A DNA stretch of 64,000 nucleotides from positions 4,898,001-4,962,000 of the forward strand of contig OY986950.1 in the NCBI GenBank assembly GCA_963920595.1. Direction: 5' to 3'. Origin of the DNA: Eimeria praecox. Its lineage: Eukaryota. The notes under the pieces are model-generated. The model saw only the letters and a program-made list of their open reading frames with translations. It made no database searches and was not told the origin of the DNA. Made by a program: the position numbers and the translations under genes. This document shows positions 29,880-42,780 of this stretch, piece by piece; positions within the stretch are counted from its first letter, which is position 1, and each line of letters starts with the position of its first letter.

Positions 29880-32800
29880 GGGATGTATTTTAGCGTTTGT
29901 GCGTGTGCGCATATTCTGTACATGTGTGCGGGTTGGTAGAATATGATAGTTGGTAGTGTTTGTGGGTGTGTTAGTTTGTGTGTATGCTGGGATGTGGGTG
30001 TTTTTGTTGCGGATTCGGGCGTTAATTGTGGGATGTGAAAATGTGCATGTGTGTGTGAATTGGCTGACGTTGGTGTGATATTGGAGGTGGTGTGCGTTGA
30101 CAGGAGCAGGCGGTGGGTCGCGCTTGAAGATATGTTTGGGGCTGGCATGGTTGTATTGTGTATGTGGATGTGTTTGGGATGGGTGGATGTTTGTGGGGCT
30201 GTTAGTGTGATATTAAGGTGGGTTTGGGATGTATTTTAGCGTTTTTGCGTGTGCGCATATTCTGTACATGTGTGTGGGTTGGTAGAATATGATAGTTGGT
30301 AGTGTTTGTGGGTGTGTTAGTTTGGGTGTATGCTGGGAAGTGGGTGTTTTTGTTGCGGATTCGGGCGTTAAATGTGGGATGTGAAAATGTGCATGTGTGT
30401 GTGAATTGGCTGACGCTAGTGGGATGTTGGAGGTGGTGTGCGTTGACAGCAGCAGGCGGTGGGTCGCGCTTGAAGATATGTTTGGGGCTGGCATGGTTGT
30501 ATTGTGTATGTGGATGGGTGTGGGATGGTTGGATGTTTGTGGGGCTGTAAGGGGATAGGGGGGTGGGCCTGGATGTATTTTAGCGTTTGTGCGTGTGCGC
30601 ATATTCTGTACATGCGTGTGGGTTGGTAGAATATGATAGTTGGTAGTGTTTGTGGGTGTGTTAGTTTGTGTGTATGCTGGGGTGTGGGTTTTTTTGTTGC
30701 GGATTCGGGCGTTAAATGTGGGATGTGAAAATGGACATGTGTGTGTGAATTGGCTGACGTTGGTGTGATGTTGGAGGTGGTGTGCGTTGACAGGAGCAGG
30801 CGGTGGGTCGCGCTTGAAGATATGTTTGGGGCTGGCATGGTTGTATTGTGTATGCGGATGGGTTTGGGATGGTTGGATGTTTGTGGGGCTGTTAGTGTGA
30901 TAGGAGGGTGGGTTTGGCATGTATTTTAGCGTTTGTGCGTGTGCGCATATTCTGTACATGTGTGTGGGTTGGTACAATACGATAGTTGGTAGTGCTTGTG
31001 GGTGTGTTAGTTTGTGTGTATGCTGGGATGTGGGTGTTTTTGTTGCGGATTCGGGCGTTAAATGTGGGATGTGAAAATGTGCATGTGCGTGTGGAGTGGT
31101 TGACGTTGGTGTGGGTTTGGGGTGGTGGACTTGTGTGCAGCGAGAGGCGGTGGGTCGGGCTTGAAGATATGTTTGGGGCTGGCATGGCTGTATTGTGTAT
31201 GTGGATGGGTTTGGGATGGTTGGATGTTTGTGGGGCTGTTAGGGTGATAGAGGGGTGGGTTTGGGATGTATTTTAGCGTTTGTGCGTGTGCGCATATTCT
31301 GTACATGCGTGTGGGTTGGTAGAATATGATAGTTGGTAGTGTTTGTGGGTGTGTTAGTTTGTGTGTATGCTGGGGTGTGGGTTTTTTTGTTGCGGATTCG
31401 GGCGTTAAATGTGGGATGTGAAAATGGACATGTGTGTGTGAATTGGCTGACGTTGGTGTGGTTTTGGGAATGTGGTGTGCATTGACAGGAGCAGGCGGTG
31501 GGTCGCGCTTGAAGATATGTTTGGGGCTGGCATGGCTGTATTGTGTATGTGGATGGGTTCGGGATGGGTGGAATGTTTGTGGGGCTGCGAGTGTGATATG
31601 AGGGTGGATTTGGGATGTATTTTAGCGTTTTTGCGTGTGCGGATATTCTGTACATGTGTGTGGGTTGGTAGAATATGATAGTTGGTAGTGTTTGTGGGTG
31701 TGTTAGTTTGGGTGTATGCTGGGGTGTGGGTGTTTTTGTTGCGGATTCGGGCGTTAAATGTGGGATGTGAAAATGGACATGTGTGTATGAATTGGCTGAC
31801 GCTGGTGTGATGTTGGAGGTGGTGTGCGTTGACAGGAGCAGGCGGTGGGTCGCGCTTGAAGATATGTTTGGGGCTGGCATGGTTATATTGTACATGTGGA
31901 TGGGTTTGGGATGGTTGGATGTTTGTGGGGCTGTTAGTGTGATAGGAGGGTGGATTTGGCATGTATTTTAGCGTTTGTGCGTGTGCGCATATTCTGTACA
32001 TGTGTGTGGGTTGGTAGAATATGAGAGTTGGTAGTGTTAGTGGGTGTGTTAGTTTGTGTGTATGCTGGGATGTGGGTGTTTTTGTTGCGGATTCGGGCGT
32101 TAAATGTGGGATGTGAAAATGTGCATGTGCGTGTGGAGTGGTTGACGTTGGTGTGGGTTTGGGGTGGTGGGCTTGTGTGCAGCGAGAGGCGGTGGGTCGG
32201 GCTTGAAGATATGTTTGGGGCTGGCATGGCTGTATTGTGTATGTGGATGGGTTTGGGATGGTTGGATGTTTGTGGGGCTGTTAGGGTGATAGAGGGGTGG
32301 GTTTGGGATGTATTTTAGCGTTTGTGCGTGTGCGCATATTCTGTACATGTGTGCGGGTTGGTAGAATATGATAGTTGGTAGTGTTTGTGGGTGTGTTAGT
32401 TTGTGTGTATGCTGGGATGTGGGTGTTTTTGTTGCGGATTCGGGCGTTAATTGTGGGATGTGAAAATGTGCATGTGTGTGTGAATTGGCTGACGTTGGTG
32501 TGATATTGGAGGTGGTGTGCGTTGACAGGAGCAGGCGGTGGGTCGCGCTTGAAGATATGTTTGGGGCTGGCATGGTTGTATTGTGTATGCGGATGGGTTT
32601 GGGATGGTTGGATGTTTGTGGGGCTGTTAGTGTGATAGGAGGGTGGGTTTGGCATGTATTTTAGCGTTTGTGCGTGTGCGCATATTCTGTACATGTGTGT
32701 GGGTTGGTACAATACGATAGTTGGTAGTGCTTGTGGGTGTGTTAGTTTGTGTGTATGCTGGGATGTGGGTTTTTTTGTTGCGGATTCGGGCGTTAAATGT

Positions 32801-35800
32801 GGGATGTGAAAATGTGCATGTGCGTGTGGAGTGGTTGACGTTGGTGTGGGTTTGGGGTGGTGGACTTGTGTGCAGCGAGAGGCGGTGGGTCGGGCTTGAA
32901 GATATGTTTGGGGCTGGCATGGCTGTATTGTGTATGTGGATGTGTTTGGGATGGTTGGATGTTTGTGGGGCTGTTAGGGTGATAGAGGGGTGGGTTTGGG
33001 ATGTATTTTAGCGTTTGTGCGTGTGCGCATATTCTGTACATGCGTGTGGGTTGGTAGAATATGATAGTTGGTAGTGTTTGTGGGTGTGTTAGTTTGTGTG
33101 TATGCTGGGGTGTGGGTTTTTTTGTTGCGGATTCGGGCGTTAAATGTGGGATGTGAAAATGGACATGTGTGTGTGAATTGGCTGACGTTGGTGTGGTTTT
33201 GGGAATGTGGTGTGCATTGACAGGAGCAGGCGGTGGGTCGCGCTTGAAGATATGTTTGGGGCTGGCATGGCTGTATTGTGTATGTGGATGGGTTCGGGAT
33301 GGGTGGAATGTTTGTGGGGCTGCGAGTGTGATATGAGGGTGGATTTGGGATGTATTTTAGCGTTTTTGCGTGTGCGGATATTCTGTACATGTGTGTGGGT
33401 TGGTAGAATATGATAGTTGGTAGTGTTTGTGGGTGTGTTAGTTTGGGTGTATGCTGGGGTGTGGGTGTTTTTGTTGCGGATTCGGGCGTTAAATGTGGGA
33501 TGTGAAAATGGACATGTGTGTATGAATTGGCTGACGCTGGTGTGATGTTGGAGGTGGTGTGCGTTGACAGGAGCAGGCGGTGGGTCGCGCTTGAAGATAT
33601 GTTTGGGGCTGGCATGGTTGTATTGTGTATGCGGATGGGTTTGGGATGGTTGGATGTTTGTGGGGCTGTTAGTGTGATAGGAGGGTGGATTTGGCATGTA
33701 TTTTAGCGTTTGTGCGTGTGCGCATATTCTGTACATGTGTGTGGGTTGGTAGAATATGAGAGTTGGTAGTGTTAGTGGGTGTGTTAGTTTGTGTGTATGC
33801 TGGGATGTGGGTGTTTTTGTTGCGGATTCGGGCGTTAAATGTGGGATGTGAAAATGTGCATGTGCGTGTGGAGTGGTTGACGTTGGTGTGGGTTTGGGGT
33901 GGTGGGCTTGTGTGCAGCGAGAGGCGGTGGGTCGGGCTTGAAGATATGTTTGGGGCTGGCATGGCTGTATTGTGTATGTGGATGGGTTTGGGATGGTTGG
34001 ATGTTTGTGGGGCTGTTAGGGTGATAGAGGGGTGGGTTTGGGATGTATTTTAGCGTTTGTGCGTGTGCGCATATTCTGTACATGTGTGCGGGTTGGTAGA
34101 ATATGATAGTTGGTAGTGTTTGTGGGTGTGTTAGTTTGTGTGTATGCTGGGATGTGGGTGTTTTTGTTGCGGATTCGGGCGTTAATTGTGGGATGTGAAA
34201 ATGTGCATGTGTGTGTGAATTGGCTGACGTTGGTGTGATATTGGAGGTGGTGTGCGTTGACAGGAGCAGGCGGTGGGTCGCGCTTGAAGATATGTTTGGG
34301 GCTGGCATGGTTGTATTGTGTATGCGGATGGGTTTGGGATGGTTGGATGTTTGTGGGGCTGTTAGTGTGATAGGAGGGTGGGTTTGGCATGTATTTTAGC
34401 GTTTGTGCGTGTGCGCATATTCTGTACATGTGTGTGGGTTGGTACAATACGATAGTTGGTAGTGCTTGTGGGTGTGTTAGTTTGTGTGTATGCTGGGATG
34501 TGGGTTTTTTTGTTGCGGATTCGGGCGTTAAATGTGGGATGTGAAAATGTGCATGTGCGTGTGGAGTGGTTGACGTTGGTGTGGGTTTGGGGTGGTGGAC
34601 TTGTGTGCAGCGAGAGGCGGTGGGTCGGGCTTGAAGATATGTTTGGGGCTGGCATGGCTGTATTGTGTATGTGGATGGGTTTGGGATGGTTGGATGTTTG
34701 TGGGGCTGTTAGGGTGATAGAGGGGTGGGTTTGGGATGTATTTTAGCGTTTGTGCGTGTGCGCATATTCTGTACATGCGTGTGGGTTGGTAGAATATGAT
34801 AGTTGGTAGTGTTTGTGGGTGTGTTAGTTTGTGTGTATGCTGGGGTGTGGGTTTTTTTGTTGCGGATTCGGGCGTTAAATGTGGGATGTGAAAATGGACA
34901 TGTGTGTGTGAATTGGCTGACGTTGGTGTGGTTTTGGGAATGTGGTGTGCATTGACAGGAGCAGGCGGTGGGTCGCGCTTGAAGATATGTTTGGGGCTGG
35001 CATGGCTGTATTGTGTATGTGGATGGGTTCGGGATGGGTGGAATGTTTGTGGGGCTGCGAGTGTGATATGAGGGTGGATTTGGGATGTATTTTAGCGTTT
35101 TTGCGTGTGCGGATATTCTGTACATGTGTGTGGGTTGGTAGAATATGATAGTTGGTAGTGTTTGTGGGTGTGTTAGTTTGGGTGTATGCTGGGGTGTGGG
35201 TGTTTTTGTTGCGGATTCGGGCGTTAAATGTGGGATGTGAAAATGGACATGTGTGTATGAATTGGCTGACGCTGGTGTGATGTTGGAGGTGGTGTGCGTT
35301 GACAGGAGCAGGCGGTGGGTCGCGCTTGAAGATATGTTTGGGGCTGGCATGGTTGTATTGTGTATGCGGATGGGTTTGGGATGGTTGGATGTTTGTGGGG
35401 CTGTTAGTGTGATAGGAGGGTGGATTTGGCATGTATTTTAGCGTTTGTGCGTGTGCGCATATTCTGTACATGTGTGTGGGTTGGTACAATACGATAGTTG
35501 GTAGTGCTTGTGGGTGTGTTAGTTTGTGTGTATGCTGGGATGTGGGTTTTTTTGTTGCGGATTCGGGCGTTAAATGTGGGATGTGAAAATGTGCATGTGC
35601 GTGTGGAGTGGTTGACGTTGGTGTGGGTTTGGGGTGGTGGACTTGTGTGCAGCGAGAGGCGGTGGGTCGGGCTTGAAGATATGTTTGGGGCTGGCATGGC
35701 TGTATTGTGTATGTGGATGTGTTTGGGATGGTTGGATGTTTGTGGGGCTGTTAGGGTGATAGAGGGGTGGGTTTGGGATGTATTTTAGCGTTTGTGCGTG

Positions 35801-38800
35801 TGCGCATATTCTGTACATGCGTGTGGGTTGGTAGAATATGATAGTTGGTAGTGTTTGTGGGTGTGTTAGTTTGTGTGTATGCTGGGGTGTGGGTTTTTTT
35901 GTTGCGGATTCGGGCGTTAAATGTGGGATGTGAAAATGGACATGTGTGTGTGAATTGGCTGACGTTGGTGTGGTTTTGGGAATGTGGTGTGCATTGACAG
36001 GAGCAGGCGGTGGGTCGCGCTTGAAGATATGTTTGGGGCTGGCATGGCTGTATTGTGTATGTGGATGGGTTCGGGATGGGTGGAATGTTTGTGGGGCTGC
36101 GAGTGTGATATGAGGGTGGATTTGGGATGTATTTTAGCGTTTTTGCGTGTGCGGATATTCTGTACATGTGTGTGGGTTGGTAGAATATGATAGTTGGTAG
36201 TGTTTGTGGGTGTGTTAGTTTGGGTGTATGCTGGGGTGTGGGTGTTTTTGTTGCGGATTCGGGCGTTAAATGTGGGATGTGAAAATGGACATGTGTGTAT
36301 GAATTGGCTGACGCTGGTGTGATGTTGGAGGTGGTGTGCGTTGACAGGAGCAGGCGGTGGGTCGCGCTTGAAGATATGTTTGGGGCTGGCATGGTTGTAT
36401 TGTGTATGCGGATGGGTTTGGGATGGTTGGATGTTTGTGGGGCTGTTAGTGTGATAGGAGGGTGGATTTGGCATGTATTTTAGCGTTTGTGCGTGTGCGC
36501 ATATTCTGTACATGTGTGTGGGTTGGTAGAATATGAGAGTTGGTAGTGTTAGTGGGTGTGTTAGTTTGTGTGTATGCTGGGATGTGGGTGTTTTTGTTGC
36601 GGATTCGGGCGTTAAATGTGGGATGTGAAAATGTGCATGTGCGTGTGGAGTGGTTGACGTTGGTGTGGGTTTGGGGTGGTGGGCTTGTGTGCAGCGAGAG
36701 GCGGTGGGTCGGGCTTGAAGATATGTTTGGGGCTGGCATGGCTGTATTGTGTATGTGGATGGGTTTGGGATGGTTGGATGTTTGTGGGGCTGTTAGGGTG
36801 ATAGAGGGGTGGGTTTGGGATGTATTTTAGCGTTTGTGCGTGTGCGCATATTCTGTACATGTGTGCGGGTTGGTAGAATATGATAGTTGGTAGTGTTTGT
36901 GGGTGTGTTAGTTTGTGTGTATGCTGGGATGTGGGTGTTTTTGTTGCGGATTCGGGCGTTAATTGTGGGATGTGAAAATGTGCATGTGTGTGTGAATTGG
37001 CTGACGTTGGTGTGATATTGGAGGTGGTGTGCGTTGACAGGAGCAGGCGGTGGGTCGCGCTTGAAGATATGTTTGGGGCTGGCATGGTTGTATTGTGTAT
37101 GCGGATGGGTTTGGGATGGTTGGATGTTTGTGGGGCTGTTAGTGTGATAGGAGGGTGGGTTTGGCATGTATTTTAGCGTTTGTGCGTGTGCGCATATTCT
37201 GTACATGTGTGTGGGTTGGTACAATACGATAGTTGGTAGTGCTTGTGGGTGTGTTAGTTTGTGTGTATGCTGGGATGTGGGTTTTTTTGTTGCGGATTCG
37301 GGCGTTAAATGTGGGATGTGAAAATGTGCATGTGCGTGTGGAGTGGTTGACGTTGGTGTGGGTTTGGGGTGGTGGACTTGTGTGCAGCGAGAGGCGGTGG
37401 GTCGGGCTTGAAGATATGTTTGGGGCTGGCATGGCTGTATTGTGTATGTGGATGGGTTTGGGATGGTTGGATGTTTGTGGGGCTGTTAGGGTGATAGAGG
37501 GGTGGGTTTGGGATGTATTTTAGCGTTTGTGCGTGTGCGCATATTCTGTACATGCGTGTGGGTTGGTAGAATATGATAGTTGGTAGTGTTTGTGGGTGTG
37601 TTAGTTTGTGTGTATGCTGGGGTGTGGGTTTTTTTGTTGCGGATTCGGGCGTTAAATGTGGGATGTGAAAATGGACATGTGTGTGTGAATTGGCTGACGT
37701 TGGTGTGGTTTTGGGAATGTGGTGTGCATTGACAGGAGCAGGCGGTGGGTCGCGCTTGAAGATATGTTTGGGGCTGGCATGGCTGTATTGTGTATGTGGA
37801 TGGGTTCGGGATGGGTGGAATGTTTGTGGGGCTGCGAGTGTGATATGAGGGTGGATTTGGGATGTATTTTAGCGTTTTTGCGTGTGCGGATATTCTGTAC
37901 ATGTGTGTGGGTTGGTAGAATATGATAGTTGGTAGTGTTTGTGGGTGTGTTAGTTTGGGTGTATGCTGGGGTGTGGGTGTTTTTGTTGCGGATTCGGGCG
38001 TTAAATGTGGGATGTGAAAATGGACATGTGTGTATGAATTGGCTGACGCTGGTGTGATGTTGGAGGTGGTGTGCGTTGACAGGAGCAGGCGGTGGGTCGC
38101 GCTTGAAGATATGTTTGGGGCTGGCATGGTTGTATTGTGTATGCGGATGGGTTTGGGATGGTTGGATGTTTGTGGGGCTGTTAGTGTGATAGGAGGGTGG
38201 ATTTGGCATGTATTTTAGCGTTTGTGCGTGTGCGCATATTCTGTACATGTGTGTGGGTTGGTACAATACGATAGTTGGTAGTGCTTGTGGGTGTGTTAGT
38301 TTGTGTGTATGCTGGGATGTGGGTGTTTTTGTTGCGGATTCGGGCGTTAAATGTGGGATGTGAAAATGTGCATGTGCGTGTGGAGTGGTTGACGTTGGTG
38401 TGGGTTTGGGGTGGTGGGCTTGTGTGCAGCGAGAGGCGGTGGGTCGGGCTTGAAGATATGTTTGGGGCTGGCATGGCTGTATTGTGTATGTGGATGGGTT
38501 TGGGATGGTTGGATGTTTGTGGGGCTGTTAGGGTGATAGAGGGGTGGGTTTGGGATGTATTTTAGCGTTTGTGCGTGTGCGCATATTCTGTACATGTGTG
38601 CGGGTTGGTAGAATATGATAGTTGGTAGTGTTTGTGGGTGTGTTAGTTTGTGTGTATGCTGGGATGTGGGTGTTTTTGTTGCGGATTCGGGCGTTAATTG
38701 TGGGATGTGAAAATGTGCATGTGTGTGTGAATTGGCTGACGTTGGTGTGATATTGGAGGTGGTGTGCGTTGACAGGAGCAGGCGGTGGGTCGCGCTTGAA

Positions 38801-41020
38801 GATATGTTTGGGGCTGGCATGGTTGTATTGTGTATGTGGATGTGTTTGGGATGGGTGGATGTTTGTGGGGCTGTTAGTGTGATATTAAGGTGGGTTTGGG
38901 ATGTATTTTAGCGTTTTTGCGTGTGCGCATATTCTGTACATGTGTGTGGGTTGGTAGAATATGATAGTTGGTAGTGTTTGTGGGTGTGTTAGTTTGGGTG
39001 TATGCTGGGAAGTGGGTGTTTTTGTTGCGGATTCGGGCGTTAAATGTGGGATGTGAAAATGTGCATGTGTGTGTGAATTGGCTGACGCTAGTGGGATGTT
39101 GGAGGTGGTGTGCGTTGACAGCAGCAGGCGGTGGGTCGCGCTTGAAGATATGTTTGGGGCTGGCATGGTTGTATTGTGTATGTGGATGGGTGTGGGATGG
39201 TTGGATGTTTGTGGGGCTGTAAGGGGATAGGGGGGTGGGCCTGGATGTATTTTAGCGTTTGTGCGTGTGCGCATATTCTGTACATGCGTGTGGGTTGGTA
39301 GAATATGATAGTTGGTAGTGTTTGTGGGTGTGTTAGTTTGTGTGTATGCTGGGGTGTGGGTTTTTTTGTTGCGGATTCGGGCGTTAAATGTGGGATGTGA
39401 AAATGGACATGTGTGTGTGAATTGGCTGACGTTGGTGTGATGTTGGAGGTGGTGTGCGTTGACAGGAGCAGGCGGTGGGTCGCGCTTGAAGATATGTTTG
39501 GGGCTGGCATGGTTGTATTGTGTATGCGGATGGTTTTGGGATGGTTGGATGTTTGTGGGGCTGTTAGTGTGATAGGAGGGTGGGTTTGGCATGTATTTTA
39601 GCGTTTGTGCGTGTGCGCATATTCTGTACATGTGTGTGGGTTGGTACAATACGATAGTTGGTAGTGCTTGTGGGTGTGTTAGTTTGTGTGTATGCTGGGA
39701 TGTGGGTGTTTTTGTTGCGGATTCGGGCGTTAAATGTGGGATGTGAAAATGTGCATGTGCGTATGGAGTGGTTGACGTTGGTGTGGGTTTGGGGTGGTGG
39801 ACTTGTGTGCAGCGAGAGGCGGTGGGTCGGGCTTGAAGATATGTTTGGGGCTGGCATGGCTGTATTGTGTATGTGGATGGGTTTGGGATGGTTGGATGTT
39901 TGTGGGGCTGTTAGGGTGATAGAGGGGTGGGTTTGGGATGTATTTTAGCGTTTGTGCGTGTGCGCATATTCTGTACATGCGTGTGGGTTGGTAGAATATG
40001 ATAGTTGGTAGTGTTTGTGGGTGTGTTAGTTTGTGTGTATGCTGGGGTGTGGGTTTTTTTGTTGCGGATTCGGGCGTTAAATGTGGGATGTGAAAATGGA
40101 CATGTGTGTGTGAATTGGCTGACGTTGGTGTGGTTTTGGGAATGTGGTGTGCATTGACAGGAGCAGGCGGTGGGTCGCGCTTGAAGATATGTTTGGGGCT
40201 GGCATGGCTGTATTGTGTATGTGGATGGGTTCGGGATGGGTGGAATGTTTGTGGGGCTGCGAGTGTGATATGAGGGTGGATTTGGGATGTATTTTAGCGT
40301 TTTTGCGTGTGCGGATATTCTGTACATGTGTGTGGGTTGGTAGAATATGATAGTTGGTAGTGTTTGTGGGTGTGTTAGTTTGGGTGTATGCTGGGGTGTG
40401 GGTTTTTTTGTTGCGGATTCGGGCGTTAATTGTGGGATGTGAAAATGGACATGTGTGTATGAATTGGCTGACGCTGGTGTGATGTTGGAGGTGGTGTGCG
40501 TTGACAGGAGCAGGCGGTGGGTCGCGCTTGAAGATATGTTTGGGGCTGGCATGGTTGTATTGTGTATGCGGATGGGTTTGGGATGGTTGGATGTTTGTGG
40601 GGCTGTTAGTGTGATAGGAGGGTGGGTTTGGCATGTATTTTAGCGTTTGTGCGTGTGCGCATATTCTGTACATGTGTGTGGGTTGGTAGAATATGAGAGT
40701 TGGTAGTGTTAGTGGGTGTGTTAGTTTGTGTGTATGCTGGGATGTGGGTGTTTTTGTTGCGGATTCGGGCGTTAAATGTGGGATGTGAAAATGTGCATGT
40801 GCGTGTGGAGTGGTTGACGTTGGTGTGGGTTTGGGGTGGTGGGCTTGTGTGCAGCGAGAGGCGGTGGGTCGGGCTTGAAGATATGTTTGGGGCTGGCATG
40901 GCTGTATTGTGTATGTGGATGGGTTTGGGATGGTTGGATGTTTGTGGGGCTGTTAGGGTGATAGAGGGGTGGGTTTGGGATGTATTTTAGCGTTTGTGCG
41001 TGTGCGCATATTCTGTACAT
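29880..41020 (+). repeat. Homogeneous HOR zone: 5-mer (1,735 bp) and 3-mer (1,042 bp) units nested in a 25-mer (8,672 bp) period
   Basis: A marker ORF recurs at 31472, 33207, 34942, 35984, 37719 and 40144 (spacings 1735, 1735, 1042, 1735, 2425; sum 8,672). The rare variant GGGGCTGTAAGGGGATAGGGGGGTGGGCCTGG occurs at 30,541 and 39,213 (offset 8,672). Confidence 0.92.
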
Positions 41021-41819
41021 GCGTGTGGGTTGGTAGAATATGATAGTTGGTAGTGTTTGTGGGTGTGTTAGTTTGTGTGTATGCTGGGATGTGGGTGTTT
41101 TTGTTGCGGATTCGGGCGCTAAATGTGGGATGTGAAAATGTGCATGTGTGTGTGTGAATTGGCTGACGTTGGTATGGTTTTGGGGAGGTGGAGTGCATTG
41201 ACAGGAGCAGGCGGTGGGTCGCGCTTGAAGATATGTTTGGGGCTGGCATGGTTGTATTGTGTATGTGGATGGGTTTGGGATGGTTGGATGTTTGTGGGGC
41301 TGTTAGGGTGATAGGGGGGTGGGGTTGGGATGTATTTTAGCGTTTGTGCGTGTGCGCATATTCTGTGCATGCGTGTGGGTTGGTAGAATATGATAGTTGG
41401 TAGTGTTTGTGGGTGTGTTAGTTTGGGTGTATTCTGGGGTGTGGGTGTTTTTGTTGCGGATTAGGGCGTTAAATGTGGGATGTGAAAATGGACATGTGTG
41501 TGTGAATTGGCTGACGTTGGTATGGTTTTGGGGAGGTGGAGTGCATTGACAGGAGCAGGCGGTGGGTCGCGCTTGAAGATATGTTTGGGGCTGGCATGGT
41601 TGTATTGTGTATGTGGATGGGTTTGGGATGGTTGGGTGTTTGTGGGGCTGTTAGGGGTATAGGCGGGTGGGGTTGGGATGCATTTTAGCGTTTTTGTGTG
41701 TGCGGATATTCTGTACATGTGTGTGGGTTGGTAGAATATGAGAGTTGGTAGTGTTAGTGGGTGTGTTAGTTTGGGTGTATGCTGGGGTGTGGGTGTTTTT
41801 GTTGCGGATTAGGGCGTTA

Positions 41820-42780
41820 AATGTGGTATGTGAAAGTGGACGTGTGTGTGTGTTGAGTGGTTGACGTTGGTGTGGTTTTGGGGATGTGGCTTGTACGCAG
41901 CGAGAGGCGGTGAGTTGCGCTTGAAGATATGTTTGGGGCTGGCGTGGGTGTATAGTGTATGTGGATGGGTCTGGGTTGGGTGGAGCGTTTGGGAGCTGTT
42001 AATGTGATAGGAGGGTGACATTTTTATGCATGGGGTCGTTTATGAGTGTGTGCCTTTTGTGTGCATCAGTGCGGGATGGTAGAATATAAGAGTTGTTGGT
42101 GTTTGTGGGTGTGTTAGTTTGTGTGTATTCTGGGCTTTGGGTGTTTTTGTGGCGGATTAGGACGTTAAATGTGGGATGTGCAAATGGACATGTGTGTGTG
42201 GGGTCGTGGACGTGGGTGAGATGGTGGATGTGGGGTGCGTTGACAGGAGCAGGCTGTGGGTCCCCTTGCACATACCTTTAGGGACGGCGTGGTTGTATTG
42301 TGTATGTGGATGGGTTTGAGATGGTTGGATGTTTGTGGGGCTGTTAATGTTATAGGGGGGTCGCATTGAGGTCTGTTGGAGCGTTTACGGTTGTGCGCAT
42401 GTTCTGTGCATGCGTATGGGTTGGTGGAAGTCGAGAGGTGCTAGTGTTTGTGGATAGGTTGGTTTGGGTGTGGGCTGCAATGTGGGGTTGTGGCGCATTA
42501 GCGCGCTTGAGAGCGGGTATGTGTGTGAGAATTGGCTGACGTTGGTGTGATGCTGGGGATGTGTTGCGTTGGCTGCTGGAAGCGGTGGGTCGCGCTCAAG
42601 GTGGGTTTCGTAGATGGCAGGCGCTGTTTGTGCATGTGAAGGATTTTGGGTTTGGTGGTGTTTGCGGGACTATTAGTGTGTTTGAAAAGAAACAGTGGGG
42701 TGGATTGGAGCGTGTGTGAGTTTGTCAGGTTTCTGTGTATCTGTTTGCCGTGTTGGAAGGTGAGCTGCGGGGTGCTGGTA
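41820..42780 (+). repeat. Degenerate terminal monomers of the satellite
   Basis: The last ~3 monomers keep monomer order but accumulate substitutions. The anchor reads TTGCGCTTGAAGATATG (~41,915), TCCCCTTGCACATACC (~42,261) and CGCGCTCAAGGTGGG (~42,591). Confidence 0.9.

Larger units (their letters stand above)
1..42780 (+). repeat. Tandem satellite array, ~346-347-bp GT-rich monomer, about 120-125 copies, open at the left edge of the window
   Basis: The anchor CTTGAAGATATGTTTGGG recurs at 285, 630, 977, 1324, 1671, 2017, 2359, 2706, 3053, 3400 and onward (spacing 342-347 bp), always in the same orientation. A hand count of one monomer gave 46 A and 24 C in ~347 nt. Copy number is estimated by division, not counted. 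Confidence 0.99.

Noticed and set aside
1..42780. CRISPR-like alternation of conserved and variable blocks
   Set aside because: The variable blocks are alleles of a few recurring types rather than unique spacers, the period is ~346 bp, and no cas genes are present.
1..42780. Assignment to a named satellite (e.g. the ~350-bp Toxoplasma sat350 family) or to an organism
   Set aside because: Only the length is similar. I do not recognise sequence identity, and a database search is needed.
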